The notes under the pieces were generated by a model. It made no database searches. It was given only the letters and a program-made list of their open reading frames with translations, and was not told the DNA's origin. A stretch of 34,243 bases of DNA from Armatimonadota bacterium (GTDB lineage Bacteria; Armatimonadota; Armatimonadia; Armatimonadales; Armatimonadaceae). Location of the stretch: NCBI GenBank assembly GCA_043754515.1, contig JAYUUO010000174.1, forward strand, positions 1 through 34,243, read 5' to 3'. Below, one piece after another: positions 27,660-34,243 of this stretch. The first letter of the stretch is position 1; each line of letters starts with the position of its first letter. A program made the position numbers and the translations under genes.

Positions 27660-27799
27660 CCATGTAACGCTACCGCGAGTCCGTTCTGGCGCAGGTAGCT
27701 GCTGAGTTTTCGGAGCATGAGCGATGCTGTCACTGTGCCCTGTTTTATCGACGCCGCCAGACGCAGGATTCCATCCCAATAGCTACGGATCGTTTTCAC
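27660..27799 (-). mobile_element. Tn3-family transposase internal fragment
   Basis: [41 protein letters not shown] matches the Tn21/Tn3 TnpA segment. Confidence 0.85.
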
Positions 27800-27859
27800 A
27801 TTTATGCTGCCGCCTATGAGAGTGGCTAACGCAGTTGCCAGGGTGATTGGGTGCGTGCA

Positions 27860-28120
27860 AGCCTGCTTGTGCAGGCTTGCCCATGTGGTGGAAACAGATC
27901 AGCAAATTGTTGATTGTCAAAAATAGTCCCGAGTTCATCCCGCATTCGCATGTAGGGGTGACTTTGGGAAAATCAGTGAGAGCGATGCGAGCTGTTTCTT
28001 CAGGAACAGAACTGGTGGTTTCGATATTGAGGCACATGGCAACCTCCCAGGGAAGTGATTTGACAAAAATTCGGGACTCTACTGAAATCTTCCGGCTTAA
28101 ATTAATTCGCCAGCAGTATC
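27860..28120 (-). mobile_element. IS1182-like element left-end remnant
   Basis: ATG 28037 gives VPEETARIA..FPK, and after a frameshift HPYMRMRDELGTIF....FADLFP.HGQ. Candidate terminal IR GATACTGCTGGCGAATT at 28120-28104. Confidence 0.7.
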
Positions 28121-28198
28121 GAAATTGCGGGAGGTCCTATTTTCTGTTTCATGTCCGGACCCCGCCAAGTATCTACGCATTGCCCGTTTGACTCTTTA

Positions 28199-29353
28199 TC
28201 ACTGATACGAGTTACTGTAGTTCGAAACGTTGCTCGGAATAGAGACCACAGTTGAACTGTTCCGGATAAACGTACTGTCGTGTATCTTCGTATTGCTATG
28301 TCCGGCGCTCTCTATGAGCACCACGGCATCACTACAGTTCTCAAAGCGGTTGCCGTAGATGTCCATATTTTTCATGCCGCCGCCGACGAGACCGTTCCAG
28401 TAGTAAAGTCCGCGCCACACGTCTTTCACGATGTTGTTTTTGACCACGTTGTTGTCCAGCAGGTTGAAACTCGCCTCGTTCGAGATTTGAATGCCGACGC
28501 TCGCGTGACCGTTGCGATAATAGACCGTTTGGAACTCCCCATCCACCGTGTTGCCGTCCAATGTACAACCGACCGCATTGTTGAGATATATGTCCACGCT
28601 GAAATTGTCATGGACGCGGTTGCGACCGACCCAGTTGTAGCGACCGTAGCAACCGATGCCTTCACCCCAGTTGCCGTTGACATTGCAGTCTACCACCGTG
28701 TTGTTTCGCGTGTTCAGCGTGATCGCGGAATCCCATCCTTCGTTCCGAGTCGTTCCCTTGTTCACACGAACGTTGTTCCACACGTTGCATTTTTCGATGC
28801 GGTTGTTGTAGTTTTTCTGACTGTCGGACTCGTAGTCGTCCGCTCCCAGGTAGATCGCCTGCCTGTTGTTGTTATCGATGTTGCAGCCATAGATAGTTAC
28901 ATCGTGACCGTTCCATATCATGACCCCGGCAGCCTTAGAGTTCTTCACCTCCAACCACTTGACATCCACGAAAGAGCCGCCGATGCCGAGCAACTGGTTG
29001 GTGCCGGACACGCCCGAACCGTCCAGGACGGCCCACTCGTTGTCATACGAGCGGATCGTGATCCGGGCGTCACTACGCCCATTCTTGCCCACCCAGATGC
29101 CGCTTGTATACTTGTAGGTTCCGCCACGCAGTTTTATGGTATCACCGGCATTTGCCCAGTCGACCGCCTTCTGAAGCGAATAAAACGGGGTGCTTGTGTT
29201 ATAGGGGTTTGAACTGTTATCATCCCCGGTCGTTGCGACATACAACGTCGCCGCGTTCGCCGTGCCCACGAGCGAAGCAAGTAAAGCGATTGCTCCGGTG
29301 GCAACGGCGACACGCCGCGATATCGCGTTCCAGAAACTTTGACTGACATTCAT
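28199..29353 (-). CDS. Secreted right-handed parallel beta-helix protein (pectin-lyase-like fold), paralog B
   Basis: Signal peptide ending ANA, LYVATTGDD, TPF.SLQKA, AGDTIKLRGGTY, AVLDGS, Asn-ladder repeats, NWGEGIG; AGGAGG SD. Confidence 0.88.
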   Translation of the reverse strand: MNVSQSFWNAISRRVAVATGAIALLASLVGTANAATLYVATTGDDNSSNPYNTSTPFYSLQKAVDWANAGDTIKLRGGTYKYTSGIWVGKNGRSDARITIRSYDNEWAVLDGSGVSGTNQLLGIGGSFVDVKWLEVKNSKAAGVMIWNGHDVTIYGCNIDNNNRQAIYLGADDYESDSQKNYNNRIEKCNVWNNVRVNKGTTRNEGWDSAITLNTRNNTVVDCNVNGNWGEGIGCYGRYNWVGRNRVHDNFSVDIYLNNAVGCTLDGNTVDGEFQTVYYRNGHASVGIQISNEASFNLLDNNVVKNNIVKDVWRGLYYWNGLVGGGMKNMDIYGNRFENCSDAVVLIESAGHSNTKIHDSTFIRNSSTVVSIPSNVSNYSNSYQ

Positions 29354-29383
29354 TGGATAAGCCTCCTATCGGCAAGGTTGATT

Positions 29384-29402
29384 GCGACGTCCTACGCCGC
29401 CC
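29384..29402 (-). promoter_or_regulatory. GGA-loop hairpin in the leader of paralog B
   Basis: GGGCGGCG-TAGGA-CGTCGC on the minus strand. Confidence 0.55.
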
Positions 29403-29442
29403 AACAAGAAAATAAGAACGGTCAGGGAAGCACCTTTATCTT

Positions 29443-30618
29443 TCATTGATAATAGTCGCTATACACGCTCAGTCCAGACCCCGAAAATGATGTGGAGTTA
29501 GTGCCTCCGTTCGCTTTGAAAGTATTATCGTGGATTTTACTTCCGCTATGGTCGGCGGCATCCGTCTCGAAGGCTTTCGTCAATGACTTTTCGATGTAGT
29601 TACCGAATATGTCAGTGTTCTTGAAGCCACCACCGTTGTCGTAGTTGCCGTAGTAAATCCCTCGGGAACATTTGTAGATTTTGTTGTTCTTTATTGTGTT
29701 GTAGTTCAGGGGGTTATATAGGCTGTACTCGCTCTCGTTGCCCATCTGGATTCCCGACGCCGGCGCATTGTACCGGTAGTATTCACCCCAATACTGGGTA
29801 TCGATGATGTTGTTGTCCACTGTCACATAGGTCGCATTGTCCAGATAGATATTCACGCTGTAGTTGTCGTGGACCCGGTTGTACCCGACATATCCGCCGC
29901 TTGTGACAGCGATGGCTATGCCTTCGCCCCAGTTCGCGTTGATGTCGCAGTTTTTAACATTGGTGTTGCGGGCATACAGACTGACCACGGCGGCGGGCCA
30001 GCCCCCGGTTAAAATCCTAGCCTGGTTGTTGCGGCAGTTGTTGTAGACTGTACAACCGTCGATAGTATTGTTGATGCAGGGCGTCGATGACAAGCTGTAG
30101 TTGTTAAACCCCACGTAAATCCCGGATGCCTGGCAGCTGCTGACGTTCACTCCTTGGATGATATTATTGCCACCTCCCCAAATGGTTATGCCGACTCCCT
30201 GGGAGTTTTTCACTTCCATTGAGCGCAAGCACACGTATGAGCCACCTATACCGATAACGTTACCGGTAGAATTGCGACTCGACCCGTCCAGAACCGCCCA
30301 TTCGTTATCATAAGATTGAATATAGATCGGTTGGCTGCTTGTTCCGCTTTTACTAATCCATTGCTCATCCGTATATTTGTATGTCCCCCCGCGCAACTTG
30401 ATCACATCGCCAGCGTTCGCCCATTGCGAAGCCTTCGAAAGTGATCGGAAAGGCGTGTTGGTGTTATAGGGGTTAGAACTATTGTCATCACCGTTTGTAG
30501 CAACATACAATGTTGCTGCACTTGCCGCCCCTGATAACGCCGCGCACAGAATAACCATGCCAGCGACCACGGCGACGCGCCGCGTCATCATCTCGAACAA
30601 ACCTTGACTGACTTTCAT
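29443..30618 (-). CDS. Secreted right-handed parallel beta-helix protein, paralog A
   Basis: Same N-terminal motifs as 28199-29353, NWGEGIA, NRVHDNYSVNIYLDNA; both end in YQ. Confidence 0.88.
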   Translation of the reverse strand: MKVSQGLFEMMTRRVAVVAGMVILCAALSGAASAATLYVATNGDDNSSNPYNTNTPFRSLSKASQWANAGDVIKLRGGTYKYTDEQWISKSGTSSQPIYIQSYDNEWAVLDGSSRNSTGNVIGIGGSYVCLRSMEVKNSQGVGITIWGGGNNIIQGVNVSSCQASGIYVGFNNYSLSSTPCINNTIDGCTVYNNCRNNQARILTGGWPAAVVSLYARNTNVKNCDINANWGEGIAIAVTSGGYVGYNRVHDNYSVNIYLDNATYVTVDNNIIDTQYWGEYYRYNAPASGIQMGNESEYSLYNPLNYNTIKNNKIYKCSRGIYYGNYDNGGGFKNTDIFGNYIEKSLTKAFETDAADHSGSKIHDNTFKANGGTNSTSFSGSGLSVYSDYYQ

Positions 30619-30647
30619 TTGTTGAATCCCTCCATTGGGTAATTAAT

Positions 30648-30667
30648 GGCGGCGTCCTTCGCCGCCC
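30648..30667 (-). promoter_or_regulatory. GGA-loop hairpin in the leader of paralog A
   Basis: GGGCGGCG-AAGGA-CGCCGCC on the minus strand. Confidence 0.55.
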
Positions 30668-30679
30668 GATATGGATATG

Positions 30680-31354
30680 CTAAGGGATAGATTCTAGCGT
30701 TGCGTCATCCACCCATAGCGTTGTGCCTTCTTCAGCCGTCGTAAACATGACAAGCACATGTTGCTTGGTCGGGACACTCGCGTCTACCTCGAAGTGTTGC
30801 CATTGCGAGTTTAGCACCACTGATTTCTCGCCATAGGACGTGAACGGCTCTTCGGTCCTTCTGATCTTGATCACGGCGTACAGGGCACGTGATGCTCGTG
30901 CCCATATAGCGAAGCGATACTTTCCCTTGTTTGATATGTTAATCCCTTGTATAAACTGAACCGTGCTTTCGATTCCGGCTTCTTTGAACGGCACAACTCG
31001 TTTCACTTCGATCCTCTGAGATGTTTCGCCACTATGGGCATTAGCGGAGTCGATCCCATAATTCACGTTAACCGCGCCCCATTCCGAGTTATCACTCCAG
31101 CCAGAGGCGACCTCGCCGCGAATCACCGCATTTCTGGGTGCCGGTAATTTCGCAACCGCATCAAACGTGTCTTCCATTGCCCCGTTTCGTAAAAGTGAAA
31201 CGACCTCGTGAGAAGTGACTGAAGTGCTCGCCGATGCAACTTTTTCTGCCGCTTCAGGTTGTTTGATCGTGATGTTGCGGACGGCGAGTGCCGCCAGGGT
31301 CGCGATGCAAACCGCGACTACGGCGACGCCGCCCGACTTGAGAATGATCTTCAT
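30680..31354 (-). CDS. Membrane-anchored/exported carbohydrate-binding-module-like protein (CBM4/9-like)
   Basis: N-terminal hydrophobic segment, [43 protein letters not shown]. Confidence 0.75.
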   Translation of the reverse strand: MKIILKSGGVAVVAVCIATLAALAVRNITIKQPEAAEKVASASTSVTSHEVVSLLRNGAMEDTFDAVAKLPAPRNAVIRGEVASGWSDNSEWGAVNVNYGIDSANAHSGETSQRIEVKRVVPFKEAGIESTVQFIQGINISNKGKYRFAIWARASRALYAVIKIRRTEEPFTSYGEKSVVLNSQWQHFEVDASVPTKQHVLVMFTTAEEGTTLWVDDATLESIP

Positions 31355-31560
31355 TTAGAATAGTCTCGCTGTGTAGAACATATTGGGTTCGACAGACACG
31401 CCGCCTGCCTCGCTTTTTCTCGTGCCTGTGCAAATACAGGAAATAGTGTCGCAGCTAAAATAGCAATTATTGCGATAACAACTAAAATCTCAATTAGGGT
31501 GAAGCCATGGTGCTTCGTTGATACAACCGGGCGTCGGACGCCTTTGAAATCCGTGTACAT
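31351..31560 (-). pseudogene. Internally deleted DUF1559 prepilin-like gene (N-terminal pilin helix only)
   Basis: [40 protein letters not shown] then a stop after 11 aa. Another frame retains NMFYTARLF*, resembling the NMWDASRK* end of 19796-20824. Confidence 0.75.
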
Positions 31561-31583
31561 ATTCTTACTTTCGTGGCGGCAAC

Positions 31584-32585
31584 CTATGCCGTATCTCCCG
31601 TCAGCAATGATACAGACAGGACCGTTTCTGTCGGTGCTTCCCCGCCATTTATCTGGTGTATAAGTTGTTCGATGGCTGTTCTCCCAGCATCGCGCCAGGG
31701 AACGCGCACCGAAGTCACGCGGTATTTCGGCGGGTCATAGGGTTCAATGCCGTCGAACCCGACGATTGCCAGATCCTCGGGGACCCGCCAGCCGACCGCG
31801 AGACAACCGGCTAGGGCCGATTTTGCCCAATCGTCGCTCCAGCAAACTACCGCCGTCGGACGTTCAGGGTTGTCGGGCGAGAGAATCGACATCTCCTCAT
31901 CCGTCAACTCATCCGTCGGCGAAACACTCACCGTAATCGTCATTCCGAGTCGGAGTGCCGATTCTTGTAAACTGCTAAGCCGACGCTCGGCGGCGGCATG
32001 ATAGCGGGCGAGGCGCCGGTAAAGGATGCGGCGATGGTTTTTCGCGTACAGATACTCCGCTACCAGTTTCGACCCTTCGTTGTCGTCCGCAATAATGGAT
32101 GGCAGACTAGCGGCACCATCGGCGAGCAAAACGACGGGTAGATGGGAACGCGATAATCGCTCAATGAGCGGGTGGTTCTCCGGCGCGAAAAGGGCAAGTC
32201 CGTCAATCTTGCCGGAGGCTAACTCAGCATAAATATCTTCCACGGATGCGCCCCGGAAAGCACCGTGCAGTAACAAATCTTTCCCGTGCTTCTCGCATCC
32301 CTCCTGAAGCCCGGAGATAATCTCGGTGGTGAACTGATTCCGTAGCGAGATGAAGCCGTACCCACTGTAGTAGCCGATAATGTTCGTTCGCTTCGCTCGT
32401 AGCGACCGCGCTATAGCGGAGGGGTGATAGCCTAATTCGGCGACCACCGACAGTATTCTTTCCCGTGTGATGGCAGAGACACGAGTATTAGAGCGCGATC
32501 CGTTCACCACGGATGATACCGTCACCTTACTCACCCCGGCATGGCGAGCAACGTCTTCGAGAGTAGGTGCGGTCTTCGCTTCCAT
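31584..32585 (-). CDS. LacI-family transcriptional regulator
   Basis: [58 protein letters not shown]. Confidence 0.94.
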   Translation of the reverse strand: MEAKTAPTLEDVARHAGVSKVTVSSVVNGSRSNTRVSAITRERILSVVAELGYHPSAIARSLRAKRTNIIGYYSGYGFISLRNQFTTEIISGLQEGCEKHGKDLLLHGAFRGASVEDIYAELASGKIDGLALFAPENHPLIERLSRSHLPVVLLADGAASLPSIIADDNEGSKLVAEYLYAKNHRRILYRRLARYHAAAERRLSSLQESALRLGMTITVSVSPTDELTDEEMSILSPDNPERPTAVVCWSDDWAKSALAGCLAVGWRVPEDLAIVGFDGIEPYDPPKYRVTSVRVPWRDAGRTAIEQLIHQINGGEAPTETVLSVSLLTGDTA

Positions 32586-32627
32586 AGTTCTAAATTCTTG
32601 CGCCGGGCGAGGTGACTACAATGTCAA

Positions 32628-32707
32628 TTGACTGAATTGGTCAAGTCATGTGACTTAACGATTCAGTTAACTGACAGGATTGTAACATAGGTCCGTTTTT
32701 AGCGCAA
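32628..32707 (-). promoter_or_regulatory. Promoter and inverted-repeat operator region of the LacI island operon
   Basis: TTGCGC(32707-32702)-17 nt-TACAAT(32684-32679) with an extended TG, followed by a 43-bp imperfect inverted repeat at 32628-32670. Confidence 0.6.
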
Positions 32708-32714
32708 GGGTCAA

Positions 32715-33115
32715 ATCAAAAAAACTTATCGCCCTTGTAGCATCTGTACTGGTCGGGGGGACGCTCGGAGCGGCGTATCTCACCCGTTCGCGGCCAACGG
32801 CATCCGCGAAGGCAGCGGAGGTTGCGAAGGCGACTTCCCCCGCCCACGCCGCCCGCACTCGCGCTCCGGGTGAGCGTCGCCGTGCCGCAACCGGCGGGCA
32901 CGTCTGTCCAGGTCGAGAAGCAAGCGGGTGACGGGACGTGGGCAGTGGTTGGCACGCAAGCCGTACCCGCTAAGGCGCGGATCGCGACCAATCCGGTGGA
33001 GTTTTACGTGTCGCTCCCCGGCTACAACAGCGGCTCGTATCGCGTCCGGGTCACGGGGAGCGGGCGCACCTCCAACTATTCAACTGACTACGTCGTGCCA
33101 TCGCCCGAACCGTAG
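32715..33115 (+). pseudogene. Start-less, frameshifted exported protein (Ig/FN3-like C-terminal part)
   Basis: IKKLIALVASVLVGGTLGAAYL is signal-like but lacks an ATG; shift near 32840 into ...VQVEKQAGDGTW...GSYRVRVTG...*. Confidence 0.5.
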
Positions 33116-33301
33116 CGTGAAGCCCGACGTCCGCCCGGTAGTCAAAACGAATCGGTGGCAGGGCGGGGCTAGAGCGGACAATTCACGTGGAAGCCAGTAT
33201 AAATGCTTGGGCAGCGACCTTGACAGGGAGCCGCTCATAAGGCGAGCGGGGCAATCGTGCCCCCCGTGTGTTTCGACAACGAAGGAAAGGTTCTCATTAT
33301 T

Positions 33302-34010
33302 ATGGTTTTCTCAAGCAAATGGCGCGCCCGCGCCATCCCATCATTGGCACTCGCCGTCGCCCTCGCCGCAACGAGCGGCGCGTCGGTGTTCGCCGACTAC
33401 TGGCTGGGTTACCGCGCGAACGGCAATCTGTGCAATCGGTACATGGTTCCTCTAAATCTCCCGCAGGAGTACAGCCAATCTCTCAGGAGGTCAGTAGGAC
33501 GTTGGCGATTCCAGGCTCCCTCAATCAGTGCGGGATTGCAAGTTTTCGTCCCCACTGTGCCGAATGGTGTAATCCCACCGGACATGGACAAGTGTATGGT
33601 GGAGACAACGCGAACGCGACACATCGAAGGTATAAGTCGGCCCTATGTGCTTTAAGGCGGGCGTGTTGATACCAGTCGGGGGTTCCCCAGGGGATCCCAA
33701 CCTCAACGCGACATGGGCGCGATGTGTGATCATTCTCTACAGTAACCGTATCACAGAACGAAAGAACAGATACGAAACTCTGACTAATACACAAGACTTC
33801 ACATTAGATGAGTGGATAGACAGTGCCACGATGCACGAGTTGGGACACTCTTTGAAACTTGCGCATCCCAGAAAGGGAACAGTGAAGCGAGCGATTCCTA
33901 TTGGCGAAGGCTCGGTCATGCGCAGTGGCGGTATAACAAATCCCCCTCTGTTAGGCCTTTAAGGTTATGATGAATCGGAGATCGCCAGGAAGTTGGGGAA
34001 CTCAAGATGA
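33302..34010 (+). pseudogene. Secreted matrixin-like (metzincin) metallopeptidase, disrupted
   Basis: Signal peptide, frameshift near 33650, HELGHSLKLAH plus SVM Met-turn, in-frame TAA at 33960-33962. The original stop at 34008-34010 overlaps the next ATG. Confidence 0.75.
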
Positions 34011-34243
34011 CTAACCGTATGCTAAAAGCAGTCGTGCTGATCGTCGCAGTGACGGGGGGCGGCTGTCGACCGAACATGGCGGCGCGAACCCAGGTGATGC
34101 CGACGGCGTCACCGAAGAGCGTGGTGGCCATTCGGAAGCGGCACAAGGGGATCGAGAGGGTGGTCGTCCCGCTGGGTCTGGCCGCAGGCAAGATCACTGT
34201 GTCGAGAGTTCACGGGGACGCGTATTACGACACGAATCTGAGT
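34007..34243 (+). CDS. Partial putative lipoprotein coupled to the metallopeptidase gene
   Basis: MTNRMLKAVVLIVAVTGGG-C..., open to the window edge; ATGA overlap. Confidence 0.6.
   Translation, partial: MTNRMLKAVVLIVAVTGGGCRPNMAARTQVMPTASPKSVVAIRKRHKGIERVVVPLGLAAGKITVSRVHGDAYYDTNLS

Noticed and set aside
2878..33962. In-frame stops at expected sense positions (TGA 2878, TAA 6081, TAG 18514, TAA 33960) suggesting genetic-code reassignment
   Set aside because: All three stop types occur, intact genes end in all three, and most of the affected genes also carry frameshifts; ordinary decay explains it
1..34243. CRISPR array, tRNA, rRNA or known riboswitch
   Set aside because: No regularly spaced repeats, cloverleafs or recognisable aptamer cores in the intergenic regions inspected by eye; an Rfam scan was not possible

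Overview
High-GC bacterial chromosome segment. The mix of PEP-CTERM proteins, DUF1559/H-X9-DG prepilin-like proteins, LacI regulators and Uma2 nucleases suggests Armatimonadota (inference). A housekeeping backbone (PfkB-like kinase, coaBC, gmk, remA/DUF370, ispE, type II NADH dehydrogenase, PPi-type phosphofructokinase, AI-2E transporter) is interrupted by small, mostly decayed modules: PD-(D/E)XK-like genes, HNH pairs, an aspartic-protease pair and Uma2. The window also holds four tandem PEP-CTERM genes and two LacI-associated prepilin loci with visible promoters and operators. The second locus is an AT-richer island, bordered by Tn3 and IS1182 remnants, encoding a CBM-like protein and two paralogous secreted beta-helix proteins. 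The most unusual items are a circularly permuted FN3 domain inserted in the AI-2E transporter, the PUL-like LacI-pilin-glycan loci, a conserved GGA-loop hairpin before both beta-helix genes, an unannotated 30-aa membrane peptide, an AUC-start uORF coupled to remA, and pervasive leaderless -10/ATG architecture. No tRNA, rRNA or CRISPR array was seen. Family calls come from motif recognition by eye; no searches were run.
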